DNA of 64,000 bases from Octopus bimaculoides. Taxonomy: Eukaryota. Position numbers and translations under genes: made by a program. Location of the stretch: the NCBI RefSeq assembly GCF_001194135.2, contig NC_068992.1:6022718-6086717 (forward strand), in the 5' to 3' direction. The notes under the pieces are model-generated. The model was not told where the DNA came from. It worked only from the letters and a program-made list of their open reading frames with translations, and did no database searches. Below are positions 1 to 12,413 of the stretch, piece after piece. Numbering within the stretch: position 1 is the first letter of the stretch; every line of letters begins with the position of its first letter.

Positions 1-93
<93 letters not shown>

Positions 94-130
94 TAGAGAA
101 TGACAGACAGATAGAAAGAGACAGATACAT
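1..130. repeat. (AT)n then (AG)n compound microsatellite
   Basis: Directly visible. Confidence 0.95.
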
Positions 131-2138
131 AGAGGGAAAATATTGTTACGGCATGTATCGATTAATATTGATTACCCTGTGTTACTTATGTAGAATATTG
201 TATTTGTTAATATGTGCTTAGTTTGAATGGATAAAGTCGACAACTTTTGGTGTTGCTGCTGGAGAGTTAACAATACAATGCAATATGATGCACTTTAGGC
301 CGCTTGAAAATTTACTCTGATACCATAAAGTGTAATCCAAAATGTTGGAATGGTTGGTTTCTTCAAAATTTTGGTGATGTTGCTTTAATAGAAAGGGTAT
401 ACAATACATACGTCCCAAGTTATTTTATATATTTTGCTATGCCTGTACAGACGTATACACTTGAATACAGGAACGCATACATAAACACATGTATATACAT
501 CTGTCACCCACGCCAGTGGGTGTATTTATTCTTGAGGTCAACTTTTAGTTACTTTCGTGCATTTTCGGGCTTCTTGACTACCTCAATTCTCAATCATATT
601 GAATACAGTTTTTGTAGCACTGACGGTCAAATCTTCAACTATATTTTGCGATCAAACAACTGGAATTATTTTCATACTAAACAAGTTACGTCAAAACACA
701 TGAGGTCAAAAATGGGGGAGGAATGCAGAAAATCGACTTTGAATCAAAATATATGAGGTATTTTAAAAATAAACCACATACTAATTGAACTTAAAAGAAA
801 TGTGCTCATTGAGAAGGATCTTTTGGTGAAACTTTCGTCAAGAAATATTTGCTAACACAGAAAGTGGTGTGGTTGTAAGTGAAGAAATAGATGGTGATCA
901 TTTCAACAAGTTAAAATATTTTTGTTATTTTAAAATAATTACAAGTACAAACGATGGCGTTTGAAATAATGAATTGCGTTGCTTAAGAGTACACAGTACT
1001 CTTCTGCACTCGGGATTTTACTTCAGATGAAAGAGTTCTGTGAAAGGAATCATGCTGAAGACCTTGTCAAAAATTATTAGCTGCAAAAACTCTTTTTAAA
1101 AAATTTAAATGATGAAAGAAAATATGGTAATTTTAAGACATCAAAATAATTTTGCCTTTTTAAAAGAAATATAACATTATTTGAACTCAAATGAATTTTT
1201 CTACAGAAAACCCTGTCCAAAAAAAATAAAACATAAAATAATTATGAATTTTGGCGATTTCATATTACTGTTTATTATTTTGTCAATGTATTAAATTATG
1301 TACATAATAAAACACATATAAAAATAAAAGGTTTTTGACATGTAAAAAGCTAATCATTAATCATTTAATTAGGATATTATGTGTTTTTATAATAAAATTC
1401 TTTAAAAATATATTCGCTCGTCACAGATATGCTGTTATTTATTCTTTCTCATTTTTAGGTGCAAGCAAAATTTGTAACAAAATCTGCATTTAGAAAGTTT
1501 TTATAGTATTATCAGTTTTTCAATTATAAATTAAATATAATTAATTATAATAATGGAAGCGTTACCTGAAAAATAAAAGTAGACTAGAATGATAAATGCG
1601 GGCTCAGAGTTCTAGAATATTCCCAACTATTGAACCTAGAAAAGTATAGAACCAGCAGTAACAGAACGAAAATTGCGGGCACGACAGTAGAATATTCTTA
1701 TGAATTGAAATTGGAAAAGGGCAAGAATAGAAGCAAAGGATTTCCGCTGAATTTAGAATTTTCGAAATAAAATTCTAAACTTTTTCATAAAACACTGTGT
1801 ACACTGCTTTGTCTTTTATATTCTGTTGCATTTTATTGCATTTTTTTTAGAATGTAAGTTAATAATTTACATTTTAAAATTTCTTTGTTTTGAGCAAAAA
1901 TATTTATGTAAAATTTTTAATATTATATTGCTTTGTTTTTAATTTGAGTTTCTTAACAATCTCATCATCGAAAAATGTTATATCACAGATATTGTGTTAT
2001 AAAATGAAACTCGTGTAGAATATATGTAATTCAAAAGATTAATGAAAATAGTAACAGAAAAAAATCATAGAAACAAAAGAATTAATTTCTTTAAAGTTTT
2101 ACATTGTCAGATTACAAATTATTTTTATTTGCCCTCAG

Positions 2139-2270
2139 AAAATATATTTTAAAAAAGTGAAAGAAATAAACAGATTAAATGCCCAATGCAGAACCCATTC
2201 GTCCTGGGATGGAGAGTCGCCGAAGACATCACAGAGTGTGAGACGAAAGATTTCAGACAAAGTACATTAA
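2139..2270 (+). CDS. Candidate terminal coding exon of an unidentified gene or pseudogene (KIYFKKVKEINRLNAQCRTHSSWDGESPKTSQSVRRKISDKVH*)
   Basis: Acceptor-like attatttttatttgccctcAG ends at 2138. 43 open codons run to TAA at 2268-2270, followed by AATAAA at 2279 and 2286. No homology recognised; could be chance. Confidence 0.22.
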   Translation, partial: KIYFKKVKEINRLNAQCRTHSSWDGESPKTSQSVRRKISDKVH

Positions 2271-2427
2271 CATCAGATAATAAATAATAAAGAGAAGAAA
2301 GAAGCGAGAGTGAGTATGATTATTAGTTTAAGAGATAGGAAAAATATCCTGAAACACGATTTCACATCACGAATCTTGCAACCCCCCCCCCNNNNNNNNN
2401 NNNNNNNNNNNNNNNNNNNNNNNNNNN

Positions 2428-2459
<32 letters not shown>

Positions 2460-3529
2460 GTTAAATATATTCAGTGAGAATATTATATACTGAATTTATA
2501 TTGAGTGCTCTATTGTATTAAAGTATTAATACTAGCAAAGTATTTATGTATTTAATACGAACGATTGTATATATTTTAGATTATATATTATCATTAATAT
2601 CAGGAAATCAATATTAGAAAATTCTTCAGAAAGATATATACGTGTGTCAAATAATTGTTGTATTAAAATATAAATATATATAAATATATGTAAATATGTA
2701 TATGTATAAATATATGATAATGACGTTTTAAAAGTTTCGAATTAAGTTTTTAAAGCTCTTACGATCGTTTCGCAGAAGTGCTCTCCCTACAATGGAATAT
2801 TATATTTATAAGCATTTATAGACATCTCTTCTGCTCTTTAGAGATATAAGATGTGAAATTTGTATAATTTATCGAATGGTAGTTTTTTTTTTTTAAATAT
2901 GAAGTAATATAGGAAAATGGTGTTTGTTTGAAATATAAAATGAAACTTCAAATTGCTGCTTTTGATTTTGGTAAGTACACTTTAGTATAAGAGTTTTTAA
3001 ATCCATATGTACCTCCTTGGTAATTCTTCTGTAATAATCCATAATAGTTATGTGTAAAATCCATTATATTGTCTTGTATACCAAATATAGTTCATAGACG
3101 TAGATAATATAGTATAATAGAATCCTATATTGATAAACATTTATAGATAACTCATCTGCTTCTCAGACACTTGAAATTTCACACGTAAAATTTCACATAT
3201 AAATTTATCTTATGTTATTTAAGTCTATGGACTATATTTGGAATACAGGACAATACAATAGATTTTATACATAATTATTATGGTTTACTACAGAAGACTT
3301 ACTAAGAAGGAATATATGAATTTCAAGATTCTCATACTTAAAATGTACTTACCAAAATCAAAAGCAGTAATTCTTAATTTTTAATTTATAACACCATGTT
3401 CCCATATTACTTCATAATTTTTAAAAACTACCATTCGTTAAATTATACAAATTTCACATTTGAGATTTCTGAGGAGCAGAAGAGTTATCTATAAATGATT
3501 ATCAATATAGGATTTCATTATACTATAGT

Positions 3530-3590
3530 CGGCCCGCAGCAATAGTAGAAAACGCTTGCACAAGGTGACACGCATTGGGACTGAACCTGT
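3530..3590 (-). mobile_element. SINE family B fragment
   Basis: Reverse complement (caggttcagtcccaatgcgtgtcaccttgtgcaagcgttttctactattgc) matches the family-B copies at 35520 and 46981. Confidence 0.7.
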
Positions 3591-3718
3591 GTCGACTTTG
3601 CCTTTCATCCTTTCGTGGTCAATAAATTAAGTACCAGTGGAGTAATGGGGTTGTCTAATCGATTGGCTTCCTCCCGCAAAATTTCGGGCCTTGTGCCTAG
3701 AGTAGAAAATAATATTGA
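3591..3718 (+). mobile_element. SINE family A, 5'-truncated
   Basis: gtcgactttgcctttcatcctttcgtggtcaataaattaagtaccag...aaatttcgggccttgtgcctagagtagaaaa is the reverse complement of the core and tail of the copy at 24922-25138. Confidence 0.85.
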
Positions 3719-3843
3719 ATAATGAAAATGTTAAGACTTTCAGTACACAAATTAGTAGCTCCAATCCTCTGCAGCTACTGTAATTGTTGACTATAAAAAC
3801 AGATTGGCTTCTTGCTTCTCTGTTAGTAGTCAAATTCATGTAG

Positions 3844-3878
3844 ATGTCCCTGATGAGAACCCGAAAATCGATTACATT
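3844..3878 (+). ncRNA. Minimal type I hammerhead ribozyme motif, copy 1 (degenerate: stem II deleted, stem I damaged)
   Basis: atgtcc CTGATGA gaaccc GAAA A TCGA T TA cat. Core nucleotides are intact but stem II is collapsed. Confidence 0.5.
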
Positions 3879-4133
3879 TGTTCATCATGTTTTCAATCTA
3901 CATAAAAAGAGCTAAATTAGATCTGTTTATCATATGTCTTCTAAGTATATAGGTTACATATATTATATCATACGTTGATAGCGTATGGATTACCATCCCG
4001 TTGACGGGTGAAATAAAATGCTATCACTTACGGTATGCAAATTTGTAGCTCCAATTTTCCGTAGCTTCTGTTATTTTTGAGTATGTAAACAGATCGGCTG
4101 CTCGTTTCTCTGGGATTGTTCAAGTTAATGCAG

Positions 4134-4180
4134 AACTCTCTGATGAGAATCTAATAAGATTCGGAAAATCGATTAAGGTT
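4134..4180 (+). ncRNA. Minimal type I hammerhead ribozyme motif, copy 2 (near intact)
   Basis: AACTCT / CTGATGA / GAATCT-AATA-AGATTC (perfect 6-bp stem II) / one extra G / GAAA / A-TCGA-T (1-bp stem III, palindromic loop) / TA cleavage site / AGGTT, which pairs with AACTCT with one bulge. Confidence 0.65.
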
Positions 4181-5309
4181 GTATTTCAATTTTTCAATCT
4201 ACGTGGCAGTAGCTACTTTACGAGTATTTATATAGCTACTATATAGGTTATACACACGCAAATATATATATATATATATATATATANNNNNNNNNNCTAC
4301 ATACTCGTAACGACAGCGAGTTAATAAATGTGTTGCTACAAAATATTGAGTACACTTTACTGTATGAGCAAAATACTTACTTGGTATTGTAGCAGATAAC
4401 ACTATAGAGGTTGTCATGTTTGTGTGTGTGTGGGGGGGTTAAATGTATTGGGGAAGGGGAAGTATGTGGGGGAGGGGAGGGGTGTGCGTGTGTGTAAAAA
4501 TTGATTCTGTCACTTTCTGTCTCGATTTTTGAAAGAAAGATTTCTTTGTAACCACGGTAATTGAAAAGCCGTATATTTTGTTTTTCACGAAGAAACTACG
4601 AAACTACAAGTAGTCGTATCACTTCTTTTTATATTTTTAATTCATCTTACTCGTTATTTTATAATTTCTTGAGATATCAATTTAATTTCAAACAATTTGA
4701 CATGTGCATAAATCATTCGAATATCTCACTGAATATTTTCCTCATATAAGTATTTTTTTACCTCTTGTACTCTAGCTCAACCGAATTAAAACTGAAAACA
4801 TGTGTTTTGTTTTATCATATATAAAATATAAAAACTTTGTCCATTTTGCGTTTCTAATTAACGAATCTGATTAATAGAGTTTATACACAATGTTATAAAA
4901 TAACGAGAAAAAACGAACGACTTTGAAAAGCAAAATTATTTCTCAGACAAATGTCAAAACAAGCACAAATCCGAGTAAACAGACAGAAAATATTGAAAGA
5001 CACTGGCAGTGGGATATTTCTTTGCAAAATTGTGCTCTCAGAATTTTAATCTCTACAATGTTATTGCAGCATTTCCTTCTTCTGGATCTAATAGTGGACC
5101 TAAATTAATTGACTATGCAACATAATTCAAATGGATGATCTTCCTTACATCATTTGATACATACCAATGAGATTCCATCAAAACGTTTGCAAAATAAAAT
5201 AGGAAATGTTAGATTTTTCTTGTTAATGCATCCAAAGATAATTAACAGATATATTTCATTACTCATCAATGTTCACGCGCTTTGTCATTTTTTGTTGTAT
5301 ACATGTTTT

Positions 5310-5615
5310 CTACTATTGCCACGGGCTAACTAAAGCCTTGTGGGTGGATTTGGTAGACTTAGACTGAAAGAAGCCCGTCGTATGTCTATGTATATATCTA
5401 TGTGTGTGTTTGTCTTTGGCTCTGTGTTTGTCGCCCTCCCACCGGTGTTGGTACGTTAAGGTTTACATAATCTAGCCCTTCGGCAAAACGAGACCAATAG
5501 AACAAATACTAGGTCTTAAAAATGAATCCTAGGGTCGACTTATTGGACTAAACCCTTTAACGAGGTGCCCCAGCATGGTCGCAGTCTGAAACGAATAAAC
5601 GATAGAAGATAAATG
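5310..5615 (+). mobile_element. SINE family B, 5'-truncated
   Basis: aaagccttgtgggtggatttggtagac...ctgaaagaagcccgtcgtat, then a TG-rich spacer, then gtgccccagcatggtcgcagtc. Same layout as 46981-47395. Confidence 0.8.
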
Positions 5616-5841
5616 CACATACACACACACATACATACATATATATATACGTATATCCATACACGTATACATAGATATGTGTGTGCTTGGGTGTGTGGGT
5701 ATAGTTTACTCTGTAAATGATTCGCTGTAAACTATCGCTTCTAAAGTCAGGCATAAAATGTTGCGTAAAAGAATTTAATTCGAATTTCTTACAACACTAT
5801 CCGTCTATAAGTAGATTTCCAGTAGAAATTTCTTCACCAAA

Positions 5842-5843
<2 letters not shown>

Positions 5844-5920
<77 letters not shown>

Positions 5921-6000
5921 GTGTGTGTGTGTGTGTTTGAGTGTGTGTATGAGTGTGTGTGTGTGTGTAGGTGTACTCGCGCGTGTGTGTGTATGTCTGT
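5844..6000. repeat. (GT)n microsatellite
   Basis: Directly visible. Confidence 0.95.
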
Positions 6001-6502
6001 ACGTGGATAGTAGTGATATCTGAATAAAGAGATATTGTGATAAAAAAAAGTTGGTGAATTCCTGCTGCAAATACCAAAATGGCAAACTGTGCATTTTCGT
6101 TAGCTGAAGGCTTATCGTATATATTTGCACAGCTCAGATAAGTTTCATCTCAATGATAGGTTATGTCATAGGTCATATCATAGGTGCGTGGGCATATATC
6201 CAGTTAGTGTGTATGCTGTGTAACATATTTACAGAAAAATACTTTCAGACATACATAGACGCACACGCGCGAACACACACATACACACACACAAACACAC
6301 ACGTTTGTGTACATACAAGCATGCAAAGTATGCACGCATGTTAATGAATTGCATAAATTAAAATTTAAATAATTTTTAAATAGTTGCAATGCATATATGC
6401 ACGCACGGGTGGATATGTATATACATATACATACGTACACGCACAATTGAAAGTATTTAAATATATACATGCACACATACACACACGCATGTATATATTT
6501 AA

Positions 6503-6572
<70 letters not shown>
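6503..6572. repeat. (ATAG)n tetranucleotide microsatellite
   Basis: Directly visible. Confidence 0.95.
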
Positions 6573-6576
<4 letters not shown>

Positions 6577-7383
6577 TAACTCATGTTATTTTCACACAAG
6601 CGTAAATATAAGCACAATGTAACATTCAGATACAGTAAAGAACTAGGCATTTCATTCATAAATCTGTTCGCGGACACGCATATATTTTCACACAAATTCG
6701 TACGTGTGACTGTACACAACTATTAGCGACAGCATTTGACATTTTATATTCATATGTACTTGCATGGATGCATATATTAATATAAATGTGCACATAAATC
6801 CATAAAGATATTCTTGAAAAATATTCACGTACGCATTGACACGAGCATGTTAATATCTGGAAATCAAATAAAAAATAAATAAACACTACACGATTTAAAA
6901 TTTAAAATTTACAAAAGTAGAGAGATACAAGAATATAAAAGTGTTAAATCGCAAAAATTGCAATATAACTGGATCTAAATTTATGAAGGAGCGAATAATG
7001 ATATCTCTGCTTGTATTCACTCAATATCTCTTATATGAATACGAAACTGCTGAGTGTTTAATCGCTATACAGGTTTATAGGCGATGTTTAGAAATTACGC
7101 CATGAACAATGAATATAGATTATAATTCTACAGAAATTACGCTATGAACAAAGAATATAGATTATAATTGTACAGCAATATTTAATAATTGCTTGGTTAT
7201 CAGTTAAATTCTGCTTTTAATGTTTACATACTGGAAGTTAAAATTATAGACATTCTAAAAGCTTTACACATATATATACATACATATAATATATATATAT
7301 ATATATATATGTATATGTATATATATATATGTTTGTATGTATATATCTATGTACATGTGTATATAGCAATATCTTTATGTACG

Positions 7384-7415
<32 letters not shown>

Positions 7416-7921
7416 CATACACTTATGTATATGTATGTGTAGACATACATACATGGATGCATACAAATATACGTATATATATTAGTTATAAGGATTCATT
7501 AAGAATCATGGCACATCACAGCAGAAAATGGCTAAATGCACACACACACAAAACTCATGGTGAAACAACATTGTAGACCTTATGTGCTGTCAGTATAGCG
7601 TAGATACGCAAGTACCAAATCCAATTTGTAACTATCATTCCATCTCCTCAGTAGAACCCTAGTGTGGCTCTGGTACAAAATAATATACACGAAGGGCTTT
7701 TAAAATGCCCGGCAGCTCATTCGGTAGAATGATATTTAATGAAGTCGTAAACGATGACATCGTACTATACCACCCAGCATCATCCCGTAAATACACAGGT
7801 TTTATTTTAAACAGTCCATCTATTAGATGGAGTTACACCTTTGTCAAATCACCATTTTTTTCTTTTTCTTTATACTGCTGAATTAATAAAGCTTTTATTT
7901 CTAGTATGCTACTACTGCTAC

Positions 7922-8010
<89 letters not shown>
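7922..8010. repeat. (TTA)n microsatellite
   Basis: Directly visible. Confidence 0.95.
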
Positions 8011-8013
<3 letters not shown>

Positions 8014-8349
8014 CTGAAATGGCTTTATGATTAAGAAGCTCGCTTCAGTACCAATTGTAGGCAATTGAAGAAAGTGCTTTCTCGATACCTGTAGACCAAC
8101 AAAACTAAGTTAGTAAATTTTGTACAAAAGTGTATTGGATAGAGTGTTTTGTGCTCCTATGTCAGGATCGATCCCTTGCGTGTTTACACTTCTCCTCTGT
8201 TTTCTTCATCTCTTTAACAGTGTGCAATATATTATAAACTGTCAGACTAGTCTCTTTTCGAACAGGTTCGTATCCTCCTTGAACCCGCCTCAGAAACCTT
8301 AGAAAATAAGTGTCCACCTTTCTCCGAGCACTAGACGATTACAAAAAAG

Positions 8350-10900
8350 TGGCGTTCCAGTCATGAGTATCTCGACATTTAAAACTAATTTACATATTTA
8401 TGTCTATATATTTAGAACGACTAATTTCAGAAGAATTTCAATATTATTTCCAGTAAATGTAGAGAACTACCTAGACCTTACCAGCTTTACTCGTCCATGC
8501 AGTAGTAATTTTGAAGGATATTAACTTCTTACATGAGACTAATATACAGTATCTAAAATTATATTGGATATATGTTTTGAATTATCTGAATTGTAATATC
8601 AGTTAATGTTTCCTAGTTTGGTATTATGCCACATTGCAACCATTTATCATTTATGATCGGTTCTGGAATTCTCAGAGTCTGTCTTTCTTTCATATCAAAT
8701 TCTGCTGTAGCCACTGACTGAAAAACTGTGAAAAATATATTATTTCACATATAAATTATATCGTCCACTGCAAATCCATTATGTTTCTTCCTAAATTTAA
8801 TTATTGCTACATGCTGTCACCAATATTGATGCATCTGTTCCCAGAATATATTGGCATACAATGCGCAATGACCGATAGGTTTCCAACTTTAGATTTCAGA
8901 ACCCTAATAAGAGGTCTTAAATTGACTACAAACTGCTGACATATGACTTGTGAGAAAATGTAATTACATTTATCCATTCAGCATTTTCACATCTTATTAA
9001 GCACAATACATTCCATCTCAATATAAAATTTTCCTCTTGTTTTTTTACAGCATTATTTTTTTTCTTCTGTTTATGAGGACTTGTGCAAGACGAAGAAATC
9101 GTTTGTCACTCAACAATATCCAATCTGCTCGTCCCCATATAGATGGAAACGTCATTACTTCTTTAAAAATCTAACAGCAGATCCGGCTAGATACTAATTC
9201 ATTAGACATATGTAAGGTCTTCATGTAACACAGATCAAAACTGTGTTTCTTGGATTTTGAAATGCAAATGATTGGTCACTAATATATGTCGTCTTCTCAC
9301 AATATTTTCAATGAGAAATAATGTTTGCACGAAAACTTCCATCAGTTGATAAAGCTATTCTGTACCAGCAACCAATTTCTTTCTTCTAGAAAATGAACTC
9401 CAAGTATAAATTGTGAGAGACTGCTATGCTGAGGATTTATGTCGTCTTTGTTTTGGTAGTGTTTATATTATTACTCAGGCTTCACTTACATAGAATATAT
9501 TAGCAACAACAGTACGCCGTCTTCTCAAAAGGTACGAACGCAATGCTATTTTCATTGAGATATCAGTTTTAAGATAGAGTAAATGGAAATTTTTACTGAT
9601 ATATATTAGGCAGGGCTTTTCAGATACAACCAATATTTGATTATATTGTGGCAGATTTAAGTAAAAGTTTTGTTTCTGTCGTCTTGGACGACGAACCAAG
9701 TGTTGGTATCAGTCTTGTCTGAAGATATTTCCTATGCTTTAAGAATATCTTCTCTACATATAAAATATGAAAGTGACCTCAAATCCAAAATCTAGGAAGC
9801 TTTAACACATAAATGATAACAAAAGACTTGAAATGTTGATTATCGTGCTGAAAAACGATCAGAGATATATTATACATCGCCAAATCTAACTATAACTTGT
9901 AAGTGTAAAATTAATTATATTGTGTTTCTAAAGAGGAACTATAGAATAGACATAAATTGAGTGAAATGTTCCCTTTTATGCGATGAATATATGCAACCTG
10001 ATTTTATATAGTTTTCCTCGACCACTAAGCGCCATAAATAATTCTACATAATCCAATAAGGTTTGCATTTCTAGCACATTTTCTTTTGAGCAGCAAATAC
10101 TCAAAGATTTTTGGATTTTAGTACGTAAACCAGCGGTATCGGGTAACGGATTATTGAAGAATTTTAAAATATTTAGATCTAAAAAATACAAGTATTTGGT
10201 CATTCATTCTAATGTAATAAAGAATATTGATATGTTTTGAAGATTTGAGAGAATTACGTGGCTGTGATCTCTGTCAGTTAAAAGACATTATTTTGGTGTC
10301 ATTGATCTCAATTCTATTATCCATTTTATCATTTTCAATTATGCTACTTGCGTTATTTGTGAGTTTGGAAAATGACTTGAGATTCAGTGAAATAATTTAG
10401 ATTGTCACGGAGATGCTTTCATTAATATTATTTAGATGACTATTTAGAATGCCTTCTAATAACATAGTTTCGGAAAACTAATATTAAGAAATTCATAACA
10501 TTTGTCATGGAAATTGCTATACATCCAGTGATGAAAGCAAAAAGATATTCCCCGCAAAAAAATATTAAAAAATCTATTGAAATGTATTGAAAGGATTGAA
10601 GGATTTACGAGATAAAGGTTTTCCCAGAAAAAAATTTGTCTTTCAGTAATTGCAACTCTATAACTTGTTTTGTCTTTCAGGCCGAGAAATGATTGATTGA
10701 ATATGCACCACATTCTGTTTTAGAAATTATGTATTAAAGTAAATTTTGTACGACAAATGCAGTTTGAAACAGAAACACTATGTAATATTCACATCACTAT
10801 TCCTTAACGTTGGTGTTAATATGTTTACGTTTACTTTTAATTGAACATTGGAAAATAGACGAAGAGATATTAATTAAGAATCATTTTGTTAATGTTACTT
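8350..10900 (-). mobile_element. Decayed RTE-like LINE (reverse transcriptase and C-terminal region)
   Basis: Minus-strand peptides in the expected order: IALSTDGSFRANIISH*KYCEK (~9293-9360, post-YADD region), GSE, CQYILGT (~8836-8856, cf. CLRRILG), KLLLHGRVKLVRSR (~8470-8515, cf. ILxGxxxGxRxRGRP). Many stops and frameshifts; the upstream boundary is uncertain. Confidence 0.6.
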
Positions 10901-11249
10901 CCCTGTTTTTCAGATTCCTTTAGCCAGAACATTTACGTTTATTCCTGATCTGATTTTAAGGTAGCCTTTTTCATATAACCTATAACTCATTTTCCACCAT
11001 AGTCAATCGGTTTTGTTGTCTTCTCTTCCTCATATAGGTACATAATTGTGTATGACATTAGATAAAAAAAAACTAATATTCGACGAACACTTAGGGTAGA
11101 GAAACGCACTGTATACAATGACAGGTCGTTAAAACAAGCACACACATGATTGTTCATTTACAAAGATATGTAATAAAGAAAAAGGGGGAAGAAAGAGAGA
11201 AAAACAGGAAAAGATTTATAAAATTATCATAGAAAAAAAGCAAATGTTA

Positions 11250-11560
11250 TCCATGGGAGATAATCGTTTCCTCCTAGTAACCGCTCTCAGCTTAAAGCAC
11301 GGATTAAACATGGCTCTTGAATCTGGCACATTAATTCTTAACTATGTGCCAAGAAAGATGTTTCTTAATTGTAGTCCACACATAGTAATCTATGGGAATA
11401 GAATCGAAGAAATTATGAAGACACAAGCAGGGTCTGGTGAAATCATAAATATTCTCCGACGAACACTTCCGTTTCCGCCTTCTTCCAGAGGTATGACAAG
11501 CAGCCGAACCATCCTGTCATACGCATGACCTTCAAAATTGCAACGAAGGATTTACCACAG
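11250..11560 (-). mobile_element. Tc1/mariner transposase remnant, maT/DD37D-like catalytic region
   Basis: Minus frame V*QDGSAACHTSGRRRKRKCSSENIYDFTRPCLCLHNFFDSIPIDYYVWTTIKK resembles the WQQDSAPCHTS...SPDLNPMDYYVW pattern. Confidence 0.75.
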
Positions 11561-11869
11561 TCTAAATTGAGCCTTTTCAAACAATAGAGATACGCTCCGG
11601 CAAACGATGGCAATCAGAATCCCTTTTTTGCCCTTTCTTGCTCGCCACACACTCTTAGGCTCCGTTGCAGCTATCCATGTCACGTCGTACAGGCTTTACA
11701 ATGTTCTGACAGGACTGAGTAGCAGTCCTGATGTCTGGAATTTGTTACAACCAGCAAGAATCGTCATGATACATGTAACTCTATTCCATTATTGATTTCA
11801 AATTTTTGTACAAGGCAGCGAACTTTTTATCGAATTTGAAAGATGAAAGGCAAGATCGATCGCAGCGAA

Positions 11870-11945
11870 ATTTGTTACACAGAACGAAATGCCGCTAAGC
11901 ATTTCCCTCACCTCGTTAACGATTTCGCCAGTCCGCGGCCTTACA
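11870..11945 (-). mobile_element. SINE family A head fragment
   Basis: cagaacgaaatgccgctaagcatttcc...gttaacgatttcgccagtccgcggcc matches the family-A 5' end. Confidence 0.6.
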
Positions 11946-12181
11946 CTCTATTCAAATATTGAAGTTTCTTACAGTCCTACATGTCAGCTATTTTATTCTC
12001 AACTACGACTTATGCTTCTCAACTCCGTTGGAATACATCAAGTCATTCCTTAAAATTGGGAGACAGAAAAGGATAAATTTAACTCGGACAACCTCTGAAA
12101 TTTTATGCACTGATATTTTCCCATTATCAATCCTAAAATTACTAAATCACGATCCTGTTCAGCCTCTCCCCACTTTTCCTT

Positions 12182-12213
12182 ATCATCATCATCACCATCG
12201 TTACTGTCATCAA

Positions 12214-12272
<59 letters not shown>

Positions 12273-12273
12273 A

Positions 12274-12307
<34 letters not shown>

Positions 12308-12321
12308 GTCCTCATCATCCC

Positions 12322-12394
<73 letters not shown>

Positions 12395-12413
12395 GTCATC
12401 GTCATCATCATCA
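12182..12413. repeat. (CAT)n microsatellite, ~230 bp
   Basis: Directly visible; it is the source of the poly-His and poly-Met ORFs. Confidence 0.95.

Larger units (their letters stand above)
3718..4260 (+). repeat. Diverged tandem repeat, ~290-bp period, about 1.8 units, one hammerhead motif per unit
   Basis: 3748 caaattagtagctccaat...ttttcaatctacat aligns with 4038 caaatttgtagctccaat...ttttcaatctacgt. tatataggtta recurs at ~3946 and ~4240. CTGATGA occurs at 3850 and 4140. Confidence 0.85.

Noticed and set aside
505-590. HPRQ...LRSTFSYFRAFSGFLTT recalls a TBC1D19-like RAFSGYLAT segment (from memory)
   Set aside because: Flanking residues do not continue the resemblance, and the upstream DNA looks intronic. 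Treated as chance unless blastx says otherwise.
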